Position numbers and translations under genes: made by a program
The notes under the pieces: generated by a model
The model's database searches: none
What the model saw: the letters and a program-made list of their open reading frames with translations, nothing else
Told to the model about the DNA's origin: nothing
Assembly: GCA_026004395.1 (NCBI GenBank)
Contig: BPJB01000001.1
Location: 455,343-519,342, forward strand
DNA from: Patescibacteria group bacterium
Lineage (GTDB): Bacteria; Patescibacteriota; Microgenomatia; Levybacterales; UBA12049
Direction: 5' to 3'
Length of the DNA stretch: 64,000 nucleotides
Shown: piece by piece, positions 53,032 through 63,099 of the stretch
How the letters are laid out: every line of letters begins with the position of its first letter
Numbering within the stretch: the stretch's first letter is position 1

Positions 53032-54078
53032 TTAGCTCTCTTTTAGTTTTTGTTTAAACCAATCTACCCAGGGATTTACAGCCGGATTCTGATCATACCT
53101 AAGTGCTAAGTAAAGCGTTAGAAAACTTCCGTATACAAGTGTTTCTAAAAAATCATCATAGACAGTCTGACCTGAAGTTGAAAACTCATGCAGATCGTGT
53201 TTGTTTTGTTTGATTACGCTCATTGTCAGTTCCATTCTTTTTTTAATTTTGAAAGTATAGTTAGGAGAATTCAAAATCAGAAAATGAAGGTTATGTTTAG
53301 TTGGAAACTGGAGTCCTTCCATTAAATGGTGATTGAGATCTGGTACAAGAAAATAGGCAGAGAAAGTTTTACTTGTCTCATTAAACTGATTTCGTAAAAT
53401 TTGGGCGTTGCCTGATAGATGTTCTGCGGAAAAAATAATTGGAATTTTCTCTTCGAAAAGTTCAAAGTCAGTTAGAGCTTGATTTTTAATTTCAGGAAGT
53501 TTCTCTTCTAATCGAATAATTGAGTTTGTAATCTCTTTTTCTTCAAGAGTAATGATACGTGCTTTATTTAGTAGGCCTAAAAGACCAAGAATTGTGTATC
53601 CATTGCCAAGTCTGGGAACGTTAGAAGGATTTAACTTGCCATCGAAAATATAAGATGGAATATTATTTGTTTTTGCAAAATGCGCAAGTTGACCTCCTTT
53701 TGTTAAAATCAGCATCTTAGCTCTTTTTGCTTTTGCTTCTTCAGCGCAAGATAAAACTTCCTCAGTTGTCCCTGAGTAAGAGGTTAGAACGACAAGAGTA
53801 TTTTCATCAACATATGCAGGTAAATGATAATCTGTGACAATCTCAGTAGGGTAGAGAAGTTCGAGTCCAAGAAGTGATTTTACAACGAGTGCACCATATA
53901 TTGATGCACCCATTCCACAGAAAACTATATTTTCGATTGAAGAAGCATCAAATGCTAAATCGAGTGTGCTAACTTCCTCCCATGCGACTTTACATTGTTT
54001 GACAAGAAGTTCAGTGGATTCTACTGTATTTTGTGGGTCAATTTTTTTTACAGCTTCTTGATCAAGTACATTTTGCAT
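53032..54078 (-). CDS. Bifunctional phosphoglucose/phosphomannose isomerase (SIS family)
   Basis: CGMGAS, SYSGTTEEV, PRLG, QFNETSK, PDLNHH. Confidence 0.85.
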   Translation of the reverse strand: MQNVLDQEAVKKIDPQNTVESTELLVKQCKVAWEEVSTLDLAFDASSIENIVFCGMGASIYGALVVKSLLGLELLYPTEIVTDYHLPAYVDENTLVVLTSYSGTTEEVLSCAEEAKAKRAKMLILTKGGQLAHFAKTNNIPSYIFDGKLNPSNVPRLGNGYTILGLLGLLNKARIITLEEKEITNSIIRLEEKLPEIKNQALTDFELFEEKIPIIFSAEHLSGNAQILRNQFNETSKTFSAYFLVPDLNHHLMEGLQFPTKHNLHFLILNSPNYTFKIKKRMELTMSVIKQNKHDLHEFSTSGQTVYDDFLETLVYGSFLTLYLALRYDQNPAVNPWVDWFKQKLKES

Positions 54079-54116
54079 ATCTTAATTTAACTAACAAATA
54101 AAGTTGGTCTGAAATA

Positions 54117-54554
54117 TTATTCTTCTCCACGTTCTAATTTACGTTGTTGAGGTGTTTCATCAGGGCGATGATAATCATCCTCCAAACGATAAGTTGTTCC
54201 TGTTTCTGGCGTTGATACTTCAATAATATCACAATCTGTTATCCCAATGAGCCTATGACGTTGTCCGATGGAACATGTATATCCAACACCGGGTTGTAAC
54301 ATTGTCTCTACTAAATTACCTTCATCATTATCCCAGAGAACTTTTGCCTGTCCATTTATTAAAAGCCAACTTTCCTGCTTGGTATCATGTACTTGAAGAG
54401 AAAGACGCGTACCTTTATTAATATGCAGTATTTTCCCCATGTAGGGAAGTGTACTAGGTGTCCAGTGCAACTCATAACCCCATGGTTTTTCTATTTTACG
54501 AGAGAATGGTTCGATATTAAATGATGTTTTTTTGAAATTTTTGTAGTCAAGCAT
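54117..54554 (-). CDS. Cupin, mannose-6-phosphate isomerase type II C-terminal-like
   Basis: KPWG, RLSLQVH..KQESW, HRL, IIEVSTPE, RLEDDY. Confidence 0.85.
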   Translation of the reverse strand: MLDYKNFKKTSFNIEPFSRKIEKPWGYELHWTPSTLPYMGKILHINKGTRLSLQVHDTKQESWLLINGQAKVLWDNDEGNLVETMLQPGVGYTCSIGQRHRLIGITDCDIIEVSTPETGTTYRLEDDYHRPDETPQQRKLERGEE

Positions 54555-54680
54555 TTATAATATTTTTAATTTATCATTCTCTTTTTTATAGCGCAAGATC
54601 TAGTTTTTTCCTTATTTTAAAAGTTTTCCAAAATAACAAAAAAAACTAATTTGTATAAAGCTTGCAGTTAAAAGTTGCAT

Positions 54681-55493
54681 TCAGTCAGACTCTACAGTAC
54701 TTAGGATAAGAGACTTAATCTGTGAGAACATCACTTCATTCGCACTTACAAGCAAATGACGTTTACCATATTTTATATATTCAGTCGTCAATCCCGCTTC
54801 GCGGAAAAGAATTATTCGAGGAGCTTGATCTACTAGTTTTGTTTTTTGATTTAAGACTAAATATCCGTCAATTGCTCCAGTTAAAAGATAAGGTGGAAAT
54901 GCACCACCAGAAATACGTACTCTATATACATTATTAAAAATAGTCGTTAAGATATTGCAGTTCTCATCTGAGTATATATCTTTTCCACCCAGATCAATAT
55001 CAATAATTGCTTGTTGAATATTTCGTTGATTACTAACGTTAGAAGATAATTGTTTCCCATTTAAAGATACACCATTTCCGTAACTTGCTGAAAAAAGTTG
55101 ATCAGAAAGAGGATGATAAATATGTCCAAGAATAGGATTTTCTTTATAGAGAAGTGCTACTTGAACAAAAAACATAGGAAGTTGAAACGCAAAATTTTTT
55201 GAACCATCCAGAGGGTCAATTGTCCAATTGTATTCAGATTTTTTATTTGATTCTCCTTCTTCAACAATAAATCCAGCATTAGGGAAAATAGCTTGCAACT
55301 CAGTTCTTAAAAAATTTTCTGATTCTAAATCTACTTTTGTGAATAGATCTCGTTTGTCTTTGTAGGAAACGTCAATTATCTTACCCCATGATTCAGAAAC
55401 TTTTATACCTGCCTTTTTTATAATTTCAGCAGACTGCAGTTCTAATTTTTTAAGTTCAGATGAGGTTATCACGGCAATTTTACTGAAATACAT
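54681..55493 (-). CDS. Inositol monophosphatase family phosphatase
   Basis: D..SE, VEE, WTIDPLDGSKNF; distal WD motif appears as VD. Confidence 0.85.
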   Translation of the reverse strand: MYFSKIAVITSSELKKLELQSAEIIKKAGIKVSESWGKIIDVSYKDKRDLFTKVDLESENFLRTELQAIFPNAGFIVEEGESNKKSEYNWTIDPLDGSKNFAFQLPMFFVQVALLYKENPILGHIYHPLSDQLFSASYGNGVSLNGKQLSSNVSNQRNIQQAIIDIDLGGKDIYSDENCNILTTIFNNVYRVRISGGAFPPYLLTGAIDGYLVLNQKTKLVDQAPRIILFREAGLTTEYIKYGKRHLLVSANEVMFSQIKSLILSTVESD

Positions 55494-57300
55494 CAACTTT
55501 TATAGTTGAAAGTATCTCATCAAATTTTTGGGCAATATCTTTCTCAATTGCTTCTGCTTCTTTATCAAGCTGTTCTTTTGTTTTATTCTTAAGACTTCCT
55601 TTAACAGCAGTATAATACTTCATCTTAGGTTCAGTTCCAGATGGTCTAACATGAACAACTGTCCGTTCGTCATCGCTAAAGAAAAAAGAAAGCATATCTC
55701 CTTTATCCCAGTTACGTTTTTCAATTACTTCATTTGTTTGTCCATCTTTTACTTCTCCAGTCAGTCTATCAAGTACTTTGACAACTTTTCTTCCAGCAAT
55801 CTCTTGAGGAAGATTTTTTCGTAGTCTCTTCATAGCAAGGTTCATTTGATCAAAAGCTCCAAATCCATCAATAACTTTGTAATACAGCCTTTCTGCATAA
55901 TAACCGTATTTCTGATAAATAAACTCTAAAAGTTCGATGGGAGTAATCGAATTGTCTTTACAGTAGGCTGCCATCTCAGCTGCTATGACAGCTGGTGTCT
56001 CGGCTCCTTTATCTCTATAAGCAGTTCCGAAAAGATAGCCAACGCTCTCCTCAGCTGCAAAAATAAATTTTTTGTCTTTGGGAAGATTTTCAATTCTATC
56101 ACCAATAAACTTGAATCCTACTAACAAATCTCCTATAACTTCAACACCAAAACTTTCTGCAATATCACGAAAAAGATCTGTCGTCACTGAGGTTTTTATC
56201 ATGACAGGATTTTTTGGCAAAAGCCCTTTCTTTTTTAGTGTATCAAGAATAAAATATGCCATTATAACTGCACCTTGATTACCATTAAGAGGTACCCATG
56301 TACCATTGTTATCAGGAACTGCCATTCCTAATCTATCAGCATCAGGATCAGAGAGAAGGACGATGTCAGCTTTTTCTTTTTTAGCAAGTTCAATTGCTTG
56401 ATTATAAACTCTCGGAAATTCAGGATTGGGGAATTGGCCTTCTACATTAGGAAAGTCCCCATCTAAACTCATTTGTTCTTTAACAAGGACGATGTCCTTA
56501 AATCCTAACTCTCTTAAAACAGGAAGAACAGATTGCGAACCTACTCCATGCATTGGAGAATAAACTATTTTTACATTTCTACCCCCATAAATAGAAGCAG
56601 CTTTTGCCGCGTTGGCAAATGCCTGATCTACCTCTTGACCAATAGTATGCACAAGTCCGCAAGAAACTGCTTCTTCAAAATCCATTTTATTTATCTTGGT
56701 AATAGAGTTAAATTCTTGTTCTATAAGTCGTCCTGTATCAGGTAAAACTTGAACACCATGCTCATCATAGACTTTGTAACCATTGTATTGTGGGGGATTG
56801 TGACTTGCTGTAATGACGATGCCACCAACACAGCCTAAATATCTTACCGCAAAGGACAATTCAGGAGTAGCTCGATAATAATTAAACATATAGACAGGAA
56901 TACCGTTTGCAGCTAAAACTCTTGCAGTTTGATAAGCAAATTCCTCGGAGTTGTGTCTACTATCATATGCAAGAGCAACACCTTTTTTGACCTTACTTTT
57001 TTTGTGTTTTAACAGATACTGTGAATATGCTTGCGATGCCCATCTAATCATGTAGTTATTAATACGATTTGTGCCAATATCCATGATTCCCCGAATGCCT
57101 CCTGTTCCAAATACAAGTACACGATAAAATTTATCCATAAGTTGCTCCCAATTATTACTCTCAATTTCTTGAACTAATTGAGGTACAAATTCTTTAAATT
57201 CATCATCAGTTAGCCATTTAACGATTTCATTGTACGAAGTGCTATTGAGTTTTTTATCTTGAAGAGCTTGATTGAGGTGGTTGAAAATCTTTTGACTCAT
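55480..57300 (-). CDS. Phosphoglucomutase/phosphomannomutase
   Basis: FGTGGIRG, ITASHNP (phospho-Ser), DPDADR, AEESVG, RPSGTEPK. Confidence 0.95.
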   Translation of the reverse strand: MSQKIFNHLNQALQDKKLNSTSYNEIVKWLTDDEFKEFVPQLVQEIESNNWEQLMDKFYRVLVFGTGGIRGIMDIGTNRINNYMIRWASQAYSQYLLKHKKSKVKKGVALAYDSRHNSEEFAYQTARVLAANGIPVYMFNYYRATPELSFAVRYLGCVGGIVITASHNPPQYNGYKVYDEHGVQVLPDTGRLIEQEFNSITKINKMDFEEAVSCGLVHTIGQEVDQAFANAAKAASIYGGRNVKIVYSPMHGVGSQSVLPVLRELGFKDIVLVKEQMSLDGDFPNVEGQFPNPEFPRVYNQAIELAKKEKADIVLLSDPDADRLGMAVPDNNGTWVPLNGNQGAVIMAYFILDTLKKKGLLPKNPVMIKTSVTTDLFRDIAESFGVEVIGDLLVGFKFIGDRIENLPKDKKFIFAAEESVGYLFGTAYRDKGAETPAVIAAEMAAYCKDNSITPIELLEFIYQKYGYYAERLYYKVIDGFGAFDQMNLAMKRLRKNLPQEIAGRKVVKVLDRLTGEVKDGQTNEVIEKRNWDKGDMLSFFFSDDERTVVHVRPSGTEPKMKYYTAVKGSLKNKTKEQLDKEAEAIEKDIAQKFDEILSTIKVDVFQ

Positions 57301-57320
57301 ACAAAAGAATATCTCGTATA

Positions 57321-58013
57321 TTACATCTCTAATAGAAGCATGTCAATGGCTGTGTCTAATGTAACTGGTAAAATACCTGTTTTTTGTTGATAATCTATCA
57401 TATAAAGTCTTTTATGCAAAAATCGCAGTTGATCTTCTGAAAAAAACTTTGCTTGTTTTTGATACTTATTCAACTGCCAAGGAGCTAGCCGCTTGATTTC
57501 ATCGATAAATTCTCCTTTGGAATTAACCAATGAGAGAAGAATGCGTACTTGCCTGACTAACATGTGAAAAACCATCTCAGATTCCACTGTTTCCAATGTT
57601 TTATGATGCAAAGATATAAGCTTTATACCGTTTCCTGGACGAAGGCTATCCAAAAAAAGAAATAGTGTTTGAGGAAGATTACAGGTTTTAACTACTGAAT
57701 GAGGAAAAAGTGAGAGCACTTTTTTATCTAGTTGTCTACCTTCCCAAAGAATTATATCTTTTTCAAGTGTTTTTTCTTTAATAATATCAAGTAGAGTATC
57801 TGATGGTTTCAAAGGTTTTTTTCTTGAGAGAATTTGTTCGATTATGATTGTTTTATTTTCATTAAAAAGTCCATCACCCTCTAATATTTGTACAAGATCT
57901 GTAAGTGATACATTTTCTCCATTGATAGTAATTGCCTCTGGAAATTTTCTTTTAAAATCAAGAAGAAGATTGCGCGATGTTGCTATGTCATCTCCGTGAA
58001 TAATGGTTAGCAT
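57321..58013 (-). CDS. holA: DNA polymerase III delta subunit (short HolA-like)
   Basis: IIHGDD start, GLF, LFLFLD, LVRQVR, PWQ..K, IDYQQKTG C-terminal motif. Confidence 0.75.
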   Translation of the reverse strand: MLTIIHGDDIATSRNLLLDFKRKFPEAITINGENVSLTDLVQILEGDGLFNENKTIIIEQILSRKKPLKPSDTLLDIIKEKTLEKDIILWEGRQLDKKVLSLFPHSVVKTCNLPQTLFLFLDSLRPGNGIKLISLHHKTLETVESEMVFHMLVRQVRILLSLVNSKGEFIDEIKRLAPWQLNKYQKQAKFFSEDQLRFLHKRLYMIDYQQKTGILPVTLDTAIDMLLLEM

Positions 58014-58022
58014 AATTAGTAA

Positions 58023-58403
58023 TTATAATTGATTATTTTTTTTGTAGTCTTGGAAAAGCCTCTTGACCAGAGTATTGAGATTTCGCGATCGAGTACGGTG
58101 TGGGAGAAGAGAGCCAGAAAAGTTTTTAGGAATATGAAGAAGTTCATGAATAAGTACTTTTTTCTTGGTATCACTATCTAATTTATCATATTTTTCTGAG
58201 ATTACTTCAATGACATAGGCAGAGTGAATATTCAGAGCTTTTTGAAATATTTTGGGAAAACACCATATTCGTGCATAAGCTCTAGATTTTGATCCGTAAG
58301 TTCTATATACGAAAATTCTATCCGATTTAATATACGGTAAATTGATGTACCGCAATAATTCTTCAAGGTCATTTTTTACATCTTGAGCTTCTTCCCATCG
58401 CAT
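58023..58403 (-). CDS. Small putative zinc metallopeptidase
   Basis: AYARIW, YVIEVISE, LIHELLHIP (HExxH). Confidence 0.8.
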   Translation of the reverse strand: MRWEEAQDVKNDLEELLRYINLPYIKSDRIFVYRTYGSKSRAYARIWCFPKIFQKALNIHSAYVIEVISEKYDKLDSDTKKKVLIHELLHIPKNFSGSLLPHRTRSRNLNTLVKRLFQDYKKNNQL

Positions 58404-58410
58404 AGTTATC

Positions 58411-59559
58411 TTACAACTTCATCATCCACTCAAATGTAGTTTGCAAGACATGTGAAAGAGATATTGATGAGTTTTTTTTATTTGTAGTCTGACGAAAATC
58501 AATTTCATATTTAGGTGCTTGTTCAGTCGCTACACCTAGAATCTTTTTCATAAGCGATGGTTCACCTTTTATTTTTTTCATTTTCTCAATAAAATTGTAC
58601 TGAGCAGTTTTAGATCCATTCTCAGCAAGAAATGAAAATTGTGAGAATATACCTGATGCTTTCAGAAGAAAAGGAACAATAGCTACTATATCAGGATCAT
58701 TCCACGTTGTCTCAAATGCTTTCTGATAATATTGAGCGCGCGTTGCATCATCTACTGCATTGGCTGACCACCCGGTTTCTGTAATAAAAATGGGAAGACG
58801 TTTATTAGCAAATTGTTTAATTAATTCACGCTCGTATGCAAAGCTGCTAATACTTCTGCTGTTTTGTATGTGGGGTGGTTGAGAAAATGCTGGATTTGGG
58901 TAGGAATGGCTTGCATAACCATCTATTTGATTAAATATACCCGGGACTGCATCATTCATCATCCTAATAAATCTATACTGGTCTATATAATCTGTACCTT
59001 TATTAGGAGCAGCATTATCAAATCCTCCTCCTATGATAAAAAAATCCTGATTTAAAGATTTGAAAAATGTAACAGCAAAACTAAGAATATCAGCATATTC
59101 GGCAGGATTTGCGGCACCACCCCATTCATCTCCTCGATTTGGTTCGTTAAAAACAACAACATACCTGTTTTTGGTTGGCCAATCAAGAGAATTGAGAAAA
59201 TTGGCAAAATCAATGATATCTTCATAACGCGGTTTTCGCCATACATGTGTATTAAAATAATCACCTTCTGTTGCTAAACGAATTATGGGAATTACATGTA
59301 ATCTTGCAGCTTCATTCATAAAATGTTGCCACTTTTCAAGATCTCTATCATTTGCTTGAAGAGGTATTACTACATATCCCCAATCTCCGCCATTGGTATT
59401 AATCAATTTTGCAGCATCTTCTAACTCAGTTGTAAAAAGGATATGAATACCTATTTTGTTGTTGGGTTTGCTTAGCGGATCTTCAATAGCAAGTGCTTGA
59501 GTAACATTGCCAAGATTAAAACACACAATAAAAATGATTGAAAATAATAGCCGCTTCAT
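58411..59559 (-). CDS. Secreted clan GH-A glycoside hydrolase
   Basis: Signal peptide; FNEPN acid/base, ASHSYP, FITETGW nucleophile. Confidence 0.8.
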   Translation of the reverse strand: MKRLLFSIIFIVCFNLGNVTQALAIEDPLSKPNNKIGIHILFTTELEDAAKLINTNGGDWGYVVIPLQANDRDLEKWQHFMNEAARLHVIPIIRLATEGDYFNTHVWRKPRYEDIIDFANFLNSLDWPTKNRYVVVFNEPNRGDEWGGAANPAEYADILSFAVTFFKSLNQDFFIIGGGFDNAAPNKGTDYIDQYRFIRMMNDAVPGIFNQIDGYASHSYPNPAFSQPPHIQNSRSISSFAYERELIKQFANKRLPIFITETGWSANAVDDATRAQYYQKAFETTWNDPDIVAIVPFLLKASGIFSQFSFLAENGSKTAQYNFIEKMKKIKGEPSLMKKILGVATEQAPKYEIDFRQTTNKKNSSISLSHVLQTTFEWMMKL

Positions 59560-59729
59560 TGCAGTTTATTATATCAGTTTTAGATGATAGTCTCGTATGA
59601 CAGTACTTAATCCAAATTTTTAGTATGCTATTATTTTTTTCAGTCTTTCAGTGAATATTGACTAAGTTGTTAAAATTGTCACTATTATATTCAAAATAAG
59701 TTTTATATTATGAAAGTTTTTAAGGTATA

Positions 59730-60497
59730 TTAATCTGCAGCTGTTTTAAGTGGAATATATGGTATGTTTTTTTGAAGTGCTTTTTCAGCTAGGTGATAAA
59801 AACAGTCTGCTAAATTGCTACTCAGCTTTGTTCCTTTTGCTATACCATTATCCTCTGGAGTTCTAAACCATCTAGCTATTTCTATTTGCATGCCGACCAC
59901 ATGCGGAAGATCTGCGCGCAGCATTTTTTGCATAAGTGTTCTCTCAAGTGTTGCTCCCCATACTTCACCTTCTTTAGGAACAGAAGATGGAATATACACT
60001 CTATAGCCTCTCTGGGTAAGAAATTCTTCTAGATCATAATCAAGAGTAGTTTCCTTTACAGTTCTTCTGTGAGCAGTTCCTGCAATAAGATCATATGTAC
60101 CAAAATAAGGTTGTTTTGTGCAACCATGTAAATCGATAAAAAGCAAACTTTTTTGATAAATTGATGATTTAAGCGCTTCAATAACAGTCTGATCATAAAA
60201 TTGGGCTATCTGAGGGGTGATTCGTCTTCGATGAACAAGTTGATTGATAAAAAGTGGTGTTTTGCCGTATCTCTCAGTCATGAAATGATATATTTCATAA
60301 CCAATTTTTCGGACTGCTAGATCACGTTTGCCTTGAGATAACTGATACGGTAGTTTTACTCCATCAAGTTCACTCAAATCTCCATCATGGGGTATAGTGA
60401 TGATAAGAGGTAAAGAACCATCTCCTAGTATCTCGATCGTGTTTTCTAATGCATGCTCAGGAAAAATTGGAAACTCAGTTTCTAGAAATTCTTTCAT
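59730..60497 (-). CDS. N-formylglutamate amidohydrolase-like Zn hydrolase
   Basis: LPLIITIPHDG, FIDLHG, MQIEI motifs. Confidence 0.6.
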   Translation of the reverse strand: MKEFLETEFPIFPEHALENTIEILGDGSLPLIITIPHDGDLSELDGVKLPYQLSQGKRDLAVRKIGYEIYHFMTERYGKTPLFINQLVHRRRITPQIAQFYDQTVIEALKSSIYQKSLLFIDLHGCTKQPYFGTYDLIAGTAHRRTVKETTLDYDLEEFLTQRGYRVYIPSSVPKEGEVWGATLERTLMQKMLRADLPHVVGMQIEIARWFRTPEDNGIAKGTKLSSNLADCFYHLAEKALQKNIPYIPLKTAAD

Positions 60498-60536
60498 GTT
60501 AATGATTTTACGTAATAGGTTGTATAATTACAAGTT

Positions 60537-61523
60537 GTGATGGATAATTTTTGGCAAAAGCTACCAAAACCTATATTTGCTTTAGCACCAATGGAGAACG
60601 TCACAGATACTGTTTTCCGACGTATTATTATAAGTTGTGGCCGACCTAGTGTAGTTTTTACTGAATTTACAAATGTTGATGGTCTTTTTTCAAGAGGATC
60701 AGAGATTGTAAATAAAAGGTTAATATTTACAAAAGAAGAAAGTCCAATCGTCGCACAAATTTGGGGAGTAAATCCTGAAAATTATTTTAAAGCAGCAAAA
60801 TTGATCAAAGAGAAAGGGTTTCAAGGAATAGATATTAACATGGGGTGTCCTGATCGTAGCGTTATTAAGAAAGGTGTTTGTTCTGCACTAATAAATAATA
60901 GATCTTTGGCAAAAGAAATAATAGAAGCTACGAAAGAGGGAGCTGAAAATCTTCCTGTAAGCGTAAAGACAAGAATAGGATTTCAAAACATAATTACTGA
61001 AGATTGGATTGGTTTTTTACTTGAACAAGATCTTGCATGTATCACTATCCACGCTCGTACTGTAAAGGAACTTTCAAAGGTACCTGCTCATTGGGACGAA
61101 ATAAAAAAAGCAGTAAAACTAAAAGACAATATAAATCCAAAAACAATTATTATTGGCAATGGTGACATAGGTTCATACGAAGAAGCAATAAAAAAAATCA
61201 ATCTTTATGAAGTTGATGGAGTAATGATTGGTCGTGGAGTTTTTCACGATCCTTGGATATTTAATCCTTCTCATCATGGAGCTGATGTTACCTTTGATGA
61301 AAAAATAAAAAAATTTAAGGAGCATATTGAACTTTTTGAAAAAACTTGGGGAGAAGAGAAGCCATTTCATGAAATGAAAAAACTCTTTAAGTGTTATATT
61401 AATGGTATAAAGAATGCAACTATTATTAGAAATAGATTAATTAAACTCAGTACAAGCAATGACTTAAAATCTGAACTTCAAAAGTTACAGGCAGAATTTC
61501 TACTTGGTAAAAATATTACTTAG
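60537..61523 (+). CDS. dus: tRNA-dihydrouridine synthase
   Basis: LAPMENVTD, IDINMGCP, VSVKTRIG, IHART, GNGDI, GVMIGRG. Confidence 0.95.
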   Translation: MMDNFWQKLPKPIFALAPMENVTDTVFRRIIISCGRPSVVFTEFTNVDGLFSRGSEIVNKRLIFTKEESPIVAQIWGVNPENYFKAAKLIKEKGFQGIDINMGCPDRSVIKKGVCSALINNRSLAKEIIEATKEGAENLPVSVKTRIGFQNIITEDWIGFLLEQDLACITIHARTVKELSKVPAHWDEIKKAVKLKDNINPKTIIIGNGDIGSYEEAIKKINLYEVDGVMIGRGVFHDPWIFNPSHHGADVTFDEKIKKFKEHIELFEKTWGEEKPFHEMKKLFKCYINGIKNATIIRNRLIKLSTSNDLKSELQKLQAEFLLGKNIT

Positions 61524-61816
61524 TAGAATATTTCTAGAAATTCTTGCTCTTACTCAGTATTATTTTTATCCCTATTGTAAATACAATTAAAATAATGAAG
61601 ATAAAGAGTATGAATTATCCACATTTAGCCTTCATCTATTGCTGAGATCTACCGAAAGTTTTACTTAATAATTTCATAATTAATGTATGTTTAATAAATA
61701 TAAATTGTAGTTTTGCAAAAGATAATGAAGCGCTAGAAAGAAATATGTAAACAATTAGCTGTTTTTGAATTCTTAAAGTACTTAATTTTTTTAGATTCGT
61801 GTAAAATTCAAAAAAG

Positions 61817-61890
61817 TACCCCGTAGGGGATTCGAACCCCTGATTACCTGGCTGAAAACCAGGTGTCCTAGGCCACTAGACGAACGGGGC
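61817..61890 (-). tRNA. tRNA-Glu (anticodon TTC), CCA not encoded
   Basis: Reverse complement: GCCCCGT/ACGGGGT acceptor, CCTGG-TTTTCAG-CCAGG anticodon arm, TTCGAAT T loop. Confidence 0.95.
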
Positions 61891-61917
61891 GATAGAACTT
61901 TTAAAACTACTACACAA

Positions 61918-61947
61918 ATCAGACCGTCTCTTACGAAACGGTCTGAT
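61918..61947 (-). terminator. Strong hairpin terminator after the TM-helix gene
   Basis: Minus strand ATCAGACCGTTTC-GTAA-GAGACGGTCTGAT then TTGTGT; 13-bp stem with GNRA loop. Confidence 0.75.
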
Positions 61948-61979
61948 AAATTATATCGAAAACTGAAAGTGAAAACAAC

Positions 61980-62642
61980 CTACTTCAGCTTTCTGCGCAG
62001 TGCTTCAAGAATAGCTCGAGCAGTATCTTGTCCTCCAAGACCAAAAGCAATTCCACCTGCTATAGCTACCATGGCAACAAATCCTGTAAAAAGAATTCTT
62101 ATTAGATCAGCTGCAACACCAAGCTGTGATAAAACAGCTAAAATAACAAAGACAATGACTGCCCATCTAGTTATTGATGCTATCAATTTTGATCCATCAG
62201 GAGAGATCCCTCTACTTGCTCCCAGAACTACATCATGAGCTATATTAGCAAACGCAAACCCAACAACACCAATAATTGCCGCCACAAATACATTGGGAAG
62301 ATAAAGTAAGAAAGAATTAAGTACCACTATTATTTGTGGAAGGCCCCAGACATCTGCTGTTGGAATCAAGAAAATAATTATCACAAACCAACGAGCGACC
62401 TCACCAAATATGTTTGCCCAGCTGTACTCTTTTTTCCCTTCCGGAACACCGTATTTGTGTAAGTATGACTCAAGATTAAAACGATCAAAAATCTCTTTAA
62501 CCAAACGTTTAACAATGGATCCTACAATAATACCAATGAGAAGGATTATAAGACCTGTCAAAAAATTCGGGAGAAAAGAGGCAGCGGAATAAAATCCCTC
62601 ACGAAGTGAGTTCAGGAGAGTGTCTCCTATACTGTTTCTCAT
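61980..62642 (-). CDS. Conserved TM-helix repeat protein (CmpX/MscS-TM-like)
   Basis: Two FLPN/YLPN-led helix repeats and GGIAFGLGGQD; perfect SD AAAGGAGGTGA. Confidence 0.85.
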   Translation of the reverse strand: MRNSIGDTLLNSLREGFYSAASFLPNFLTGLIILLIGIIVGSIVKRLVKEIFDRFNLESYLHKYGVPEGKKEYSWANIFGEVARWFVIIIFLIPTADVWGLPQIIVVLNSFLLYLPNVFVAAIIGVVGFAFANIAHDVVLGASRGISPDGSKLIASITRWAVIVFVILAVLSQLGVAADLIRILFTGFVAMVAIAGGIAFGLGGQDTARAILEALRRKLK

Positions 62643-62804
62643 GTAATCACCTCCTTTCTTCAGTATTTATTCGGCTTAATATTCAATATGACAAATTAAA
62701 ATATAGATCTCATCCGTAGTCTATGCTTCTTTGTTTTGCTTGTCAAGATGTATATAAGACTGGTATAATTTGTAATGCTCTTAGTTAAACTCTATGAAAT
62801 AGAA

Positions 62805-62879
62805 GGGCCGTTAGCTCAGCGGTAGAGCAGGAGCCTTTTAAGCTCTTGGTCGCAGGTTCGAATCCTGCACGGCTCACCA
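62805..62879 (+). tRNA. tRNA-Lys (anticodon TTT), CCA encoded
   Basis: GGGCCGT/ACGGCTC acceptor, GGAGC-CTTTTAA-GCTCT anticodon arm, TTCGAAT T loop, ACCA end. Confidence 0.96.
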
Positions 62880-63099
62880 AATAGTATTAAAACAGAATAT
62901 AAATTAAAGAGATATAAAAATTTGAATAAAATGTTCCATTTTATGTCATTTATCCTTCTGTTGTCCACAATTAAGGTTTAAAAAAAATCTTATGTTTATA
63001 AAGCGGGCTGAAGTATCCGAAATATTTAAAGTTTGTAGAAATTTCTGGCATTTTACAGTTTTATTTAAAATTATCGATTAGAATTATTCCTTCAATATC

